The notes under the pieces were generated by a model. It ran no database searches and was not told the origin of the DNA. It worked only from the letters and a program-made list of their open reading frames with translations. A stretch of 64,000 nt of DNA. It comes from a virus (lineage: Duplodnaviria; Heunggongvirae; Uroviricota; Caudoviricetes). The position numbers and the translations under genes are program-made. Below, one piece after another: positions 17,001-26,513 of the stretch. The stretch is taken from the IMG/VR virus record IMGVR_UViG_3300037882_000610, positions 17,576 through 81,575 of that record; one strand, given 5' to 3'. Within the stretch, counting starts at the first letter, position 1; each line of letters begins with the position of its first letter.

Positions 17001-19144
17001 CACAAGGTACTGGCACTGTGTTCGGAGATGAAAAGGCCAAGTCTGAGTCAATCAGCAAGGCTCTGGACATCGTATCGAAGAACAGTGACATTGCTCTGCG
17101 CTACTCGTCAGGAATGCTGGCTTCATTGCAGAACATTGAGTACAGCCTCACAGGTGCAACTAGCGGAGTGATTCGCACAGGTAGCTCAGTGACTGGCAAG
17201 GGCTATGAAAATGGCTCCTCTATGTTTGGTGGAGCTGGTGGTGTTCTGGGTGCTACGCTGCTGACTGGCATCGTTGCTCCTATGGCTGCCATTGCTGCTA
17301 AGCTCCCACTGATTGGGGGCCTTGTCACTAAGCTTGTGACAAGCTTGTTCGGAAGCACTTCCACTCTGAAGGACTCAGGTCTGATGGGAAGTAGCCAGTC
17401 GGTTGCAGGCATCCTGCAAAGCGGCTTCAACGTGCAAGCCTACCAAGACGTTCAGACAAAGAAGAAGCTGTTCGGCATCACATACTCAGACAAGACCAGT
17501 ACAAACACATCTCCTGTTGATCCAGCGGTAACTCGCGAGTTCGGCAATATCGTGTCTGGAATGGTGGACAGTCTGGCTAATGCTGCGGGTGCTTTGGGTC
17601 TCTCTGGAGATTTGGTGCGTCAGAAGCTGTCGGCTGTGAACATCGACATCGGCAAGATCAGTCTGAAGGACTTGAGCAGTGAAGAGATTCAGAAGCAACT
17701 CGAAGCCGTGTTCAGTGCTATTGGAGACAAGCTCTCAGCGGTAGCATTGCCGATGCTCGTTTCTTTCCAGAAGGCGGGAGAAGGTTTGCTCGAAACTGCT
17801 GTCCGTGTGGCATCAGGTGTAGAGACTGCTAACTACGAACTGGAGAAGCTTGGCATCACTGCTGTCAAGTTCACTGACCTTGTTAACAAGAGTGGTGACG
17901 TGGGGGCTGAGATTGTTCGTCAATCCATCCTCATGCAAGAAGCTGGCACTGGCATCAAGGACATCATCTCGACCCTGACAGGCACTGCGACAGACATCGT
18001 AGAGACTTACAAGTCTCTTGACACTGTGCGTGATGCTTTGCAATCGCTGAACCTCGGAAACGATGTGACGCGAGAGCTGGTGCGAGCTGCTGGTGGCCTG
18101 GATGCTTTGAAGGACGCTCTGAGTTCATACACAGATAACTTCTTCAGCGACTCTGAAAAGAGCGCTATGAAGGCTTCTGTCTTGTCCAAGGAGTTCACGA
18201 AGCTTGGTCTGGCAATGCCGACTAGCAAGGACAGTTTCCGTTCCCTGGTGGAGTCTTTGAACTCCTCTGGAGCAATGGGGCAGGAACTTGCTATGAAGGT
18301 GCTGTTGCTGGCTGACTCGTTTGCTGAGCTGAATGACACGACTGAGAATCTGGTTGCTAGCGCTCGGGATGACTTGTCATCTGCCTATGAACGCGAATCG
18401 AATGCCCTGACGGACACGCGAGATAAGTTCTTGGACTTCGCTAAGTCGCTTGCAGAATTCAAGCAATCCCTGCTGACTGGTGATTTGTCTACACTCAACG
18501 TGGCAGACAAGTACGCAGTAGAGAAGGCTAAGTTCGAAGAGACTCTGGCAAAGGCCAAGGCAGGGGACGCAGATGCGATTGGTTCATTCCAAAACGTAGC
18601 GACATCCTTCCTGCAAGCCAGCCGTGAGATGAATGCCTCTGGCAGCCTCTACACAGCCGACTTCGAACGTGTGCTCGCAGAGACAGACGCAATCCAAGGA
18701 TTGGCAACTCAAAAGGCCTCGGTAGCTGAACAGCAACTGAGTGCACTGGAGAAGCAAGTCTCTTCGCTGATTACGATCAACGAAAGCGTGTTGACAGTTG
18801 CTCAAGCAATTCAGAACCTGTCTGCTGTTATGGCGGGTGTGCCTATCACATCAACTTCTCCGGGAGTTGGTCCGACGATGGGTATCCCTCAGGTTCCTCC
18901 GATGGCTCAAGCTGCTTCTGTTCAATCAGACATGGCTACACAGAACGCAGCTTTGGTTGCTAGTGTGACAGCTCTGTCGATGGAAGTCGCAAGCCTGCGT
19001 GCAGACCAAAACGCTCAAACGGCAGCGCTCATCTCTGCCAACTACGAAGCCAACATGGCTAACGCCACGGCTGTTGTAGATGGTACGAGAGACGCAATGT
19101 CTGTAGGTAACTATCAAGAAAGGGCAGGAACACAGCTAGCCTAA
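14012..19144 (+). CDS. tail tape measure protein (1710 aa)
   Basis: Giant Ala/Gln/Lys-rich coiled-coil protein with Gly-rich hydrophobic segments, after G/GT pair. Confidence 0.85.
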   Translation: MTMDVSRLGIVVESTGINEARKALDGGNGRGGLLGAAEKTEKVVVKLTDSLSKMLSANASGTTAAWNQSLATLGNTLNALNTNVAATTRALQGMAPAMQNAAAATNQAATANARKSSTGNVVTNTLKAMTTAAVAYNAVNLGMSVVKQADAWVMMQARLRNATGSMNNARAAQEQMFDLSQRLRVPLEESVKLYTRLAPAMQSAGKSSEYAKNMVEGIATALQLGGANGSETSSVMLQLSQSFSSGVLNGAEFNAVAENGSVLMKALRDSTGMSNAELKKLGSQGKLSMETVGKAIEKALPMWREQFDRLPLTFEGGMQRLKNAWTKAVGEMGEDTGFNKRLSEALRVIENMIPAIAQGLGNAFVGVLKWVDANKVVLGQIWDQVTGLIVDVLKLGASFASLTGAVVGVGEEISVWGLLIYTVRGMLAAAADIVKVVGAAFVHVGLDIGTFFVYPIYKALEGIQWLLDAFKKLIEFAVPGLRAIGKNDAADQLQKQADTIGEWATKAGDYAKSIDKFFTDARASVNGWTKDLEDGNGELDKFLRGDDLDKKIAAREKARMDEEAWAKNNPARKKNAVDPKIQDAVNREANKYYEALGHINAALREQQAIAEGLATKGLDYDKVGTQAKKLLELEEKLGALRKEKSKDSAADAARKADIGYTQQLIAAQKIVAAQEALNIADKARLTNEEGFIQKQTTTLDNLKQQTVEAEHKLKTYGMEKGALEELELVEARRALLAFELLHGKETLSTNEARMLSLLKEQVEWAERLKVARSGIGEKESGKEFDKLFDARKAEKFTATLTEGFGKAGKAMGQLANAADKYLARQAKIAQGRTILDKMDKSTAEYAKRNDKLMQEEAESRIASYADMAGAAKTFFEEGSKGYKAMEAAEKTFRLFQMAMQLKSFLQEIGFITTTTTAAVTGDAVKAASATASAGVQASASMVSGTAAAAAGVANQAGGDPYSAFVRMAAMAAIMAALGFAVGGGGKSVDVAKQRQAAQGTGTVFGDEKAKSESISKALDIVSKNSDIALRYSSGMLASLQNIEYSLTGATSGVIRTGSSVTGKGYENGSSMFGGAGGVLGATLLTGIVAPMAAIAAKLPLIGGLVTKLVTSLFGSTSTLKDSGLMGSSQSVAGILQSGFNVQAYQDVQTKKKLFGITYSDKTSTNTSPVDPAVTREFGNIVSGMVDSLANAAGALGLSGDLVRQKLSAVNIDIGKISLKDLSSEEIQKQLEAVFSAIGDKLSAVALPMLVSFQKAGEGLLETAVRVASGVETANYELEKLGITAVKFTDLVNKSGDVGAEIVRQSILMQEAGTGIKDIISTLTGTATDIVETYKSLDTVRDALQSLNLGNDVTRELVRAAGGLDALKDALSSYTDNFFSDSEKSAMKASVLSKEFTKLGLAMPTSKDSFRSLVESLNSSGAMGQELAMKVLLLADSFAELNDTTENLVASARDDLSSAYERESNALTDTRDKFLDFAKSLAEFKQSLLTGDLSTLNVADKYAVEKAKFEETLAKAKAGDADAIGSFQNVATSFLQASREMNASGSLYTADFERVLAETDAIQGLATQKASVAEQQLSALEKQVSSLITINESVLTVAQAIQNLSAVMAGVPITSTSPGVGPTMGIPQVPPMAQAASVQSDMATQNAALVASVTALSMEVASLRADQNAQTAALISANYEANMANATAVVDGTRDAMSVGNYQERAGTQLA

Positions 19145-19163
19145 GGGCTAGCTTTTCCTCATT

Positions 19164-21089
19164 ATGAGTGCAACACTGAAGATCAAGCTCAATTACGGCA
19201 CATACGCTGACGTTAACTACCCAGAGGCGTACATCCACGGAACGACTAGTGGTGTGGATGCTGACGTGCCAGGGCAAATCCTAGTGCCAGGGAGTGGTTC
19301 TACTACTGTGCCCAATGGGGCGTTGTTCGCTGGAAGCACTCTCGGGGACTTCTACGTTGTCTGGGACTCGACAGGGGATAACTTCATCACAGGAGTAGTC
19401 CCGAGACCTTACGTGTTCGCACGCTTTAGAGGTTCAAGCTGGGAGTACGACAACAACAACACAATGGTGCAGTTCTCGCCGGGTGCCCAGCACTTCATCA
19501 TTGGCCGGGTGCACATGGCTTCCTTGGACACTGGCAACCCAGGTACAGGGCCAGGCCTCACTTTTGGTGAGATGTTCGACACTGCTATCCCTATGCTGAC
19601 TGATGCCGACTTCAATGCTTGGCTGAAGAAGTCTGATTCCATTCGAGCTGTGCTGGTTGAGGCAGACGTAAAGACTGCGCTAGGGACGACGACAACTCGC
19701 TACTTGTCTAGTCGTGGGTTCACGACAGATAGTACGGCATGGCCTGCTAGCATCAACTATTCAGCTCGTGTGACTGGAGGTATCAAGTTCACTCGCAGTC
19801 TGTCTCTGGATGGGAATGTATCCCTGTCGTTTGGTGACATTGAACTCATCAACACAGACGGGGCACTGGACGAGTGGCTGGATGATTACTGGGTGAACCG
19901 GCAAGTAGTTGTGCTGGTAGGCGATCCTCGTTGGCACCGTGCCAACTTCAGACCTTTGTACACAGGCTCTCTCACAGGCGTGGACACTCGCAAGCGTGAC
20001 CGTATCAACCTGAAGATGAGCGATACGCTCCAGCGACTGAACACTGTTGTCTCGGAGCTGAAGCTGGATGACTCTTCTTTGCAAGACGACAACTTGTTGC
20101 CGCTGTGCTTCGGGGAGTGCCACAACATCACGCCTCTGCTGGTGGACAAGACTGTTGGCCGCTACATGGTGCACAACGGGGCCATCGAGCAAATCATTGA
20201 AGTCCGTGACAACGGAGTTCCTGTAGCTTTCACGCCTAACCTGACGACTGGCACGTTCACGCTCACGGCAGCTCCTTTCGGGACTATCACTGCGAGCGTG
20301 CAAGGAGCAAAGTTTGTCGGCGTCAGCGGTGGTGCAGCAGCCTACTCAAACAAGATCGCGGACATCCTTTACGTGCTGATGACTCAATACGGAAGTGCGA
20401 ATACACGTCTGAGTGATATTGACATTAACATGGTAGGCATGGTACAATTCAACACTGACAATACTCAGGCTGTTGGGCTGTATTTGACCAGCCGCGAGAA
20501 TGTCCTGAACGTCTGCAATGCACTGGCATCGTCCATCGGGGCGAGACTGTATGTCCAATCGACTGGCCTTGTAGGTCTGGTCAAGCTCACACTCCCTTGG
20601 GGTGGTGCAACATCTCCAGTCAACAGCAATGACATGGTAGACCACACGCTTGAAATCAGGCAGGTTGTGGATGTCATCGCCAGTGCGAAGGTTGGCTACT
20701 GCAAGAACTGGACAGTGCAAGATGGCCTGACCACAGGTATTGTCCAAGAACATGCGGCCCTCTTCGGGGAGGAATGGCTGACACAGACCATGACAGATTC
20801 CACAGTAGCAGCCAATTACAAGCTGTTCACTGATCCCGTGATGGGAGAGACGAATCTGATTCGCACAGATGAAGCAACAGCGGAAGCCAATCGGCGTCTC
20901 AGCTTGTTCAATGTGCCGCGTAAGCTGTTCAAGTTCACTGGCTTCGGGCATATGTACAACTATGTTCTCGGCCAGTACATCGTTCTGACGCATCCTCGCT
21001 TCGGCCTGGGTGCTGGCAAGGTCGGACAGATTACAAGCGTAGCAATCGACCCCATGAACCCACAAATAGAATTCGAGGTACTTATCTAA
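19164..21089 (+). CDS. tail tip protein (distal tail / baseplate hub, putative)
   Basis: 641 aa directly after TMP; synteny. Confidence 0.45.
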   Translation: MSATLKIKLNYGTYADVNYPEAYIHGTTSGVDADVPGQILVPGSGSTTVPNGALFAGSTLGDFYVVWDSTGDNFITGVVPRPYVFARFRGSSWEYDNNNTMVQFSPGAQHFIIGRVHMASLDTGNPGTGPGLTFGEMFDTAIPMLTDADFNAWLKKSDSIRAVLVEADVKTALGTTTTRYLSSRGFTTDSTAWPASINYSARVTGGIKFTRSLSLDGNVSLSFGDIELINTDGALDEWLDDYWVNRQVVVLVGDPRWHRANFRPLYTGSLTGVDTRKRDRINLKMSDTLQRLNTVVSELKLDDSSLQDDNLLPLCFGECHNITPLLVDKTVGRYMVHNGAIEQIIEVRDNGVPVAFTPNLTTGTFTLTAAPFGTITASVQGAKFVGVSGGAAAYSNKIADILYVLMTQYGSANTRLSDIDINMVGMVQFNTDNTQAVGLYLTSRENVLNVCNALASSIGARLYVQSTGLVGLVKLTLPWGGATSPVNSNDMVDHTLEIRQVVDVIASAKVGYCKNWTVQDGLTTGIVQEHAALFGEEWLTQTMTDSTVAANYKLFTDPVMGETNLIRTDEATAEANRRLSLFNVPRKLFKFTGFGHMYNYVLGQYIVLTHPRFGLGAGKVGQITSVAIDPMNPQIEFEVLI

Positions 21090-23243
21090 ATGGCAACCGT
21101 AGTCAATGCACGGGACGCACTGCTGCAAGCCGCTGGCACTCGTCTGCTGGGCGTGACAGTTGGTTCTAACGTCTCGGTGCCCATCCCCCAGGTTCCTGGG
21201 CTGGGCGCAGCAATCACAGGAGTGACCCTAACAGGAACCTCCTCAGTGTTTCAAATCCCGAAGGCGGGAACTCCTGTCGCACCTACCAGTATCACAGTTA
21301 CAGCAACGCTCCGTAATTTGACTGGTACGCCAACACTGACACTCGTCGCTGGAACGATGTCTGTAACCCCCGCCCTCTCGGGCGGGGCTTTCACGTTTAC
21401 AGAGTCTCAAATGACAGCAGACGGCATTACGCTTCGTCTGTCGTTGTCTGGGTATACAAGTGATTTCACAGTTGTGAAGGTGAGAGAAGGACAGGACGGG
21501 GCAACTGGGGGTACTGGCTCTCCTGGGGCCAATGGGACTCAGCAAGCCATCGCCTACCTGTATGCATGGTCTACGTCAGCGCCTTCGAATCCTAACGGCT
21601 CTAGCACCTATACATGGGCTACAGCAGCTCACACATCATTCTCTGGGCCTACATGGTCTACAGCAGTGGGTAGCAACCCGGGCGGGGCTGGCGTTAAGTT
21701 GTGGGTAGCCGCACAAGGTGTTTCAGCTTCTGCTGTCACGACATCTTCGACAGTCACTTGGCCCAGTAGTGGGACTGGTTACTCTGTCTACGCAGCCGCC
21801 ACAAACGGTAATGACGGCAGCACTGGAGCTACGGGGCCTACTGGGGCAGCGGGTGCGACTGGCTACCAGAGCGCCTACGCTCGTGTCTATCAATGGGCAA
21901 CAAGCACGCCTTCAGGGCCTTCAGGCTCGCCGACATGGACCTGGGCGTCCTCGTCATTTGGTTCTGCCCCTTCAGGCTGGACACTCACTCCTGGCACACC
22001 CCCATCTGCGGGCTACACCTTGTGGTCAGCGTCTGTTCTGGTATCTGATTCTGCCGCGTCCTCGTCCACTGGTTTCAACTGGTCAAGCGCTGCCATTGAT
22101 GCAATCGGTTATGCAGGTACTAACGGCTCTACTGGTTCGACGGGTGCAACAGGTAGCACAGGGCCGCAAGGTGCCTCAGCCCGTACAGCCTACTCGCGCA
22201 TTGCTGGCAACCCTGCACCTACAAGCGGGAACATCACTACAGCAGGCTCTACAGGATTTCCCACAAGTGGGCAATCGAACACCACATGGGGTGTGAACGT
22301 AAGCTGGACAGGCACTGATCCGAATCCTGCTAGCACTGATACGCTGTACCAGACTGATGGCTTTTATGATCCTGCTACAGGTAACACGGTATGGAACACA
22401 CCGTACATTAGCAGCTTGAAGGTTGGCAGTCTGTCTGCCATCACAGTGAATACAGGCGGCTTGAATGTCACCGGAAATGTGAACATCACAAGTGGGGGTT
22501 CTCTCACTGGCCCTGGATTCTCATTCACAGACTCTGCGGCAACATTCAGCGGGGCTCTCAGTGCGGCAACAGGGACTTTTTCAGGGAACTTGTCTGCTGC
22601 GGGTGGCACTTTTGCAGGAAATCTCTCAGCAGCCGGGGGAACATTCTCTGGCAGTATCAGTGGAGCTTCAGGAACCTTTACCGGGAACCTCTCTGGCAGC
22701 ACTATCACTGGAGCTACTTTCACAGGTGGTTTGTTCCAAACAGCCGCCAGTGGCAACCGAGTAGTAATTAACGACTCAAGCGACAACACGTTGAAGATTT
22801 ATTCCACACGTGGGGGCACTCCGGGGGTCTTGGTTGCTCAGGTTGGAAACAACATCTCTGGAGGCGCAGGCATCAATCCTTGCGCGATCTTCGGTGATTC
22901 TACTACAGGTGACTCAGGTGTTTTTGCACAGACGGGTGCTGGCTACGCAGGTTACTTCGTTGCAAGCACTAACGGCTACGCTGTAGCAGCTCTAGCAACT
23001 AATCGTTCCGCTATTGTAGCAAATACCACTGGCACTCAAGGCCAGATTAGAATGGTGGGAACTTCAGCTCCTAGTGGTGGGCACGGGTCAGGTTCGGGAG
23101 TTATTCAACTAGGAGTTGATGCAGATAAGTTGAAGATTCAGGTCTCGGGTGGCATTGGGACTGCCCTGGATACAAACCACATCACTATCAGCGCTTCCAC
23201 CCCTAGCGGGGGGTCTGACGGTGACATTTGGATTACAACTTAA
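21090..23243 (+). CDS. tail fibre protein with collagen-like Gly-X-Y tracts and tandem 11-aa repeats
   Basis: GATGGTGSPGANGT, GSTGATGPTGAAGATG, GSTGSTGATGSTGPQGAS; repeats FSGNLSAAGGTFAGNLSAAGGTFSGSISGASGTFTGNLSG. Confidence 0.6.
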   Translation: MATVVNARDALLQAAGTRLLGVTVGSNVSVPIPQVPGLGAAITGVTLTGTSSVFQIPKAGTPVAPTSITVTATLRNLTGTPTLTLVAGTMSVTPALSGGAFTFTESQMTADGITLRLSLSGYTSDFTVVKVREGQDGATGGTGSPGANGTQQAIAYLYAWSTSAPSNPNGSSTYTWATAAHTSFSGPTWSTAVGSNPGGAGVKLWVAAQGVSASAVTTSSTVTWPSSGTGYSVYAAATNGNDGSTGATGPTGAAGATGYQSAYARVYQWATSTPSGPSGSPTWTWASSSFGSAPSGWTLTPGTPPSAGYTLWSASVLVSDSAASSSTGFNWSSAAIDAIGYAGTNGSTGSTGATGSTGPQGASARTAYSRIAGNPAPTSGNITTAGSTGFPTSGQSNTTWGVNVSWTGTDPNPASTDTLYQTDGFYDPATGNTVWNTPYISSLKVGSLSAITVNTGGLNVTGNVNITSGGSLTGPGFSFTDSAATFSGALSAATGTFSGNLSAAGGTFAGNLSAAGGTFSGSISGASGTFTGNLSGSTITGATFTGGLFQTAASGNRVVINDSSDNTLKIYSTRGGTPGVLVAQVGNNISGGAGINPCAIFGDSTTGDSGVFAQTGAGYAGYFVASTNGYAVAALATNRSAIVANTTGTQGQIRMVGTSAPSGGHGSGSGVIQLGVDADKLKIQVSGGIGTALDTNHITISASTPSGGSDGDIWITT
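22540..22700 (+). repeat. imperfect tandem repeat of about 33 nt (5 copies) inside tail fibre gene
   Basis: Repeating ggnactttntcaggnaacctntctgcngcn units encoding GTFxGNLSAAG. Confidence 0.5.
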
Positions 23244-23743
23244 TGCCTAAGCTCTCTATCAATAAGGCTGGTACTTGGTATACAGCTAAGAAGTTCTGGA
23301 TTAACGTGGGAGGGACTTGGCAGCTAGCCAAGAAGATGTGGATCAACAAGGGGGGAACTTGGCAGCTTATCACGTTTATCTCTCCGACTGATTATGATTA
23401 TTCTTCCAGCATCACTGACACTTATACGGAGACCACATGGCGTAGCGACGGCGACACCTACTACAACGGTGCTCCTGCTGGTACTGGGTGGCTGGACACT
23501 ATCGCCACTGGGGTAGGCTCTGATTTCTGGATCAGATTCACCAACTCCACATCAAACGCTACTTTGACCGGCCCAGGAACTCCTGGGTTCGGTTCTTGGC
23601 TTCAGATGAGTTCCAACTACACAATCTACCTTACGAGTGCGCCTGGTGCTACAACATATGCAGCAGGGCTCTACGAAGTTTCAGATGATGCAGGTTCTAG
23701 CGTCTTGGTAACAGGCGCCTGGGAAATGTACCTGAACGAGTAA
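23228..23743 (+). CDS. hypothetical tail fibre-associated protein with internal duplication
   Basis: Overlaps fibre gene end. Duplicated motif KKFWINVGGTWQLAKKMWINKGGTWQL. Confidence 0.4.
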   Translation: MDYNLMPKLSINKAGTWYTAKKFWINVGGTWQLAKKMWINKGGTWQLITFISPTDYDYSSSITDTYTETTWRSDGDTYYNGAPAGTGWLDTIATGVGSDFWIRFTNSTSNATLTGPGTPGFGSWLQMSSNYTIYLTSAPGATTYAAGLYEVSDDAGSSVLVTGAWEMYLNE

Positions 23744-23748
23744 GCATA

Positions 23749-23777
23749 TTGACTTTCAACCCCTACCATGGTACAAT
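23749..23777 (+). promoter_or_regulatory. sigma70-like promoter TTGACT-N17-TACAAT
   Basis: -35 23749-23754, -10 23772-23777, 5 nt before ATG 23783. Confidence 0.45.
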
Positions 23778-23782
23778 AGAAA

Positions 23783-24589
23783 ATGGCAAATCTGCGTGTG
23801 GTCTACTACAATGTAGCCAACACTTCCTCGGGCTTGGTCGCTACAACGACTGCTGGAAGCCTTGCGGTAAGCAATCTTCTGACTGATCGGAAGTCTGAGG
23901 TTTGGCGCTCCACTGCCACTTCAGCCGAATTGACTGTGACTTGGGCAAGTGCTGTAGAAATTTCTATGGTTGCCCTGGCATTTTCAAATCTCTCTCCCAC
24001 GGCTACCGTGAATGTGGCCTTCTACACACTGTACACAGACTCTGCACCAGCTTGGACTTCTCCAACTGTGCTTTGCTCGCCAGTGTCCGTGGACCCAACC
24101 GGCCCTGTAGGTTTCGGTGGGGGGGTTTACGCTGCAACATGGTTTGCAGCTCACACAGCCCAGAAGATTGTCATCACGGTCGCTGACTCATCAAATCCTC
24201 AGGGTTATATCCAGGCAAGCCGGCTGATTGCTGGCACCTACTGGTCTCCAGACCGCAATGTTGAGTCGGATAGCGTCAAGATTGGCATGCAGGAAGATAC
24301 CAAGCACTTCCGTTCGGAGTCTGGCTCTTTGTGGACTGACCGAGGACCGATGTACAAGAAGCTTTCGTTCGACCTATCGTATATGACAGCATCGGATCGA
24401 AACACTATCTGGCGCATTATAGCTGGCAATGGGATGTCAAACGCTGTGTATGTGAGCTTGATGCCGGAATCTACGGACGCTTGGGAAGAGCAGATTCACT
24501 CTATCTACGGTCGTCTGTCATCTTCTAGTGCGCTGACTTACAAATACTCTCATCTGCATGCTACGCAGCTACAGCTTGAAGAGGTTTGA
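23783..24589 (+). CDS. hypothetical protein (tail-associated region)
   Basis: 268-aa ORF; no motif recognised. Confidence 0.4.
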   Translation: MANLRVVYYNVANTSSGLVATTTAGSLAVSNLLTDRKSEVWRSTATSAELTVTWASAVEISMVALAFSNLSPTATVNVAFYTLYTDSAPAWTSPTVLCSPVSVDPTGPVGFGGGVYAATWFAAHTAQKIVITVADSSNPQGYIQASRLIAGTYWSPDRNVESDSVKIGMQEDTKHFRSESGSLWTDRGPMYKKLSFDLSYMTASDRNTIWRIIAGNGMSNAVYVSLMPESTDAWEEQIHSIYGRLSSSSALTYKYSHLHATQLQLEEV

Positions 24590-25068
24590 TGGGCGCAGCT
24601 TGCAGAGTGTGCAATGAAGTTAAAGCTCCTGCTGAATACTACCCTAGATACAAGCAATGCAAGGATTGCATGCTTGCTAAGCAGAGGGCTCGTTACGACG
24701 CTAACCCTGAACTGTTCAAGGCTAGATCAGCAAGCGCTTACAAACGACCTGAGTACAAAGAAAAGCTACGGGTAAGTTGTCGTCGTTGGCGTGAAGTCAA
24801 CAGGGCAAAGGTGACGTTCTCCAACGCTAACCGCAGAGCGGCAGCAAGACTTGCTACTCCCGTCTGGGCTGATAGGAGAGCCATGCTAGAAGTATACAAA
24901 GAGGCTAGAAGACTGAGCGAGCAGATGGGATCGAAGTTCCATGTGGATCACATCGTACCTCTACTCTCAGAAATAGTCTGTGGACTTCATTGCGAAAGCA
25001 ATCTTCAAATTCTTCCGGCAGCAGTGAACCTTTCCAAGAGAAATTTTCATTGGCCGGATATGCCTTAG
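24586..25068 (+). CDS. HNH homing endonuclease, paralog of 9397..9870
   Basis: KFHVDHIVPL...CGLHCESNLQ...N.SKRN. Shared architecture with 9397 copy. Confidence 0.7.
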   Translation: MMGAACRVCNEVKAPAEYYPRYKQCKDCMLAKQRARYDANPELFKARSASAYKRPEYKEKLRVSCRRWREVNRAKVTFSNANRRAAARLATPVWADRRAMLEVYKEARRLSEQMGSKFHVDHIVPLLSEIVCGLHCESNLQILPAAVNLSKRNFHWPDMP

Positions 25069-25094
25069 AGCCCGCTTGTGCGGTTCCCTATTCT

Positions 25095-25128
25095 GGCCTG
25101 CCGAGATGTCTTCGGTGGGCCTTTTTTA
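25095..25128 (+). terminator. rho-independent terminator
   Basis: ggcctg-ccga-gatgtct-tcgg-tgggcc stem followed by TTTTTT. Confidence 0.55.
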
Positions 25129-25139
25129 TGTGAGTCTAA

Positions 25140-25478
25140 ATGCTTGACAATATCGAATCGCACAAGGACTCGATCCTTTTTAATTCTGGATGGCTCGCTT
25201 ACGGAAGCGTTATGGCCGTCTCTATTTGGGGTGGACTCGTGAGTTATTTTGAGAAGCGTGAGAAGTTCTCGTGGAGCGGGCTCACAGCTCAGCTCTTGTC
25301 TTCGTCTTTCGCAGGGATGATGACGGCACTTGTGTGCCAGTATGCCAATCTGCCTACGCCTCTTATGGGCGCCCTAAGCGGAGTTGCTGCCTATATGGGC
25401 ACGCCTGCAATGGTGAAGCTTGCTCGTAAGCTGAAGTGGGTTCGTGAGCTGATGGATTCTAAGGACGGTGACAAGTGA
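25140..25478 (+). CDS. holin (three predicted TM segments)
   Basis: 112 aa, hydrophobic helices, charged C-terminus, directly upstream of lysozyme. Confidence 0.5.
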   Translation: MLDNIESHKDSILFNSGWLAYGSVMAVSIWGGLVSYFEKREKFSWSGLTAQLLSSSFAGMMTALVCQYANLPTPLMGALSGVAAYMGTPAMVKLARKLKWVRELMDSKDGDK

Positions 25479-25912
25479 AAGCCCTTGACATTGCAGTAAA
25501 ACTCATTGCGAAGTTTGAAGGCTGTCGCCTCCAGGCTTACAAGGACATTGTTGGAATCCCTACCATCGGGTATGGTGAGACCAAGGGTGTAAAGATGGGC
25601 GATGTTTGGACGCAGGCCAAGGCTGACGCTGAGCTGCGGAGCCGCACACAAGAGTTCCTAGAGGGAGTCTTGAAGGCTGCACCCAAGCTAGCAGCGTTCA
25701 CGTCGAATCAACAAGCTGCCTGCACTTCATTGGCCTACAACATTGGCCTTGGGGCATTCGCTGGTAGCACAGTTGCCAAACGCATTGCAACAGGCGACCG
25801 GGCAGGAGCAGCAGATGCTTTCCTACTCTGGAACAAAGCGGGTGGACAGGTTGTCCAAGGCCTAGTCACTCGTCGCCAAGAAGAGCGTCGTGTCTTCATG
25901 TCACCAGAATGA
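25475..25912 (+). CDS. endolysin, GH24 (T4-type) lysozyme
   Basis: FEGCRLQAYKDIVGIPTIGYGETKG: catalytic E-x8-D-x5-T triad spacing. Confidence 0.8.
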   Translation: MKALDIAVKLIAKFEGCRLQAYKDIVGIPTIGYGETKGVKMGDVWTQAKADAELRSRTQEFLEGVLKAAPKLAAFTSNQQAACTSLAYNIGLGAFAGSTVAKRIATGDRAGAADAFLLWNKAGGQVVQGLVTRRQEERRVFMSPE

Positions 25913-26508
25913 CTGTAGGTATCTACCAAATTCTTAACACTGCAACTGGAAAGTCCTACGTTGGCAGTTCAGTGTGCATTGCCAGACGTTTCAGCAAGCA
26001 TAAAGCTCTACTCAGGAGTGGCAAGCATGTCAATGCCAAGCTGCAAGCTAGCTGGAACAAGCATGGTGAATCTGTGTTTGTGTTTTCTGCTTTAGAGTAT
26101 TGCGACGAAGGCATGCTCGATGCTAGAGAACAGGCGTGGATGCAGAAGTTGAATGCTGTCAAACAAGGCTACAACATCAATCCTGTTGCAGGTAGCAATC
26201 GAGGCTACAAACACACCGAAGAGTCGAAGCTACTCATCTCCAAAGCTGTATCTGGCAGGGAAGTCTCAGAAGCTACTCGCAACAAGCGTGCTGCTCTTAT
26301 GACCGGGACCAGTGTACCACAAGAAGTCAGAGAGAGGATTTCTCTAAGGCTCAAAGAAATTTCAAAGTCTGCGGACTTCCCTGGTAGGAGAAATCTTGAC
26401 AGGACTGGAACGAAGCAGACTCCAGAGCAGATTGCCAAGCGAGTCGCAGCAACTGCAAGAACGAAATCTATCAAAGCTGAGCAGAAGCTTGGCGCAACTG
26501 AAAGGTAA
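25909..26508 (+). CDS. GIY-YIG homing endonuclease (I-TevI/Seg-like)
   Basis: GIYQILNTATGKSYVGSS...RRFSKHK...NAKLQASWNKHG...E...GYN, C-terminal NUMOD-like repeats. Confidence 0.8.
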   Translation: MTVGIYQILNTATGKSYVGSSVCIARRFSKHKALLRSGKHVNAKLQASWNKHGESVFVFSALEYCDEGMLDAREQAWMQKLNAVKQGYNINPVAGSNRGYKHTEESKLLISKAVSGREVSEATRNKRAALMTGTSVPQEVRERISLRLKEISKSADFPGRRNLDRTGTKQTPEQIAKRVAATARTKSIKAEQKLGATER

Positions 26509-26513
26509 ACAAA

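Noticed and set aside
21090-24589. Diversity-generating retroelement near the tail fibre
   Set aside because: No reverse transcriptase ORF (no YxDD-containing about 350-aa protein) anywhere in the window, and the tail fibre repeats are tandem, not a template/variable pair.
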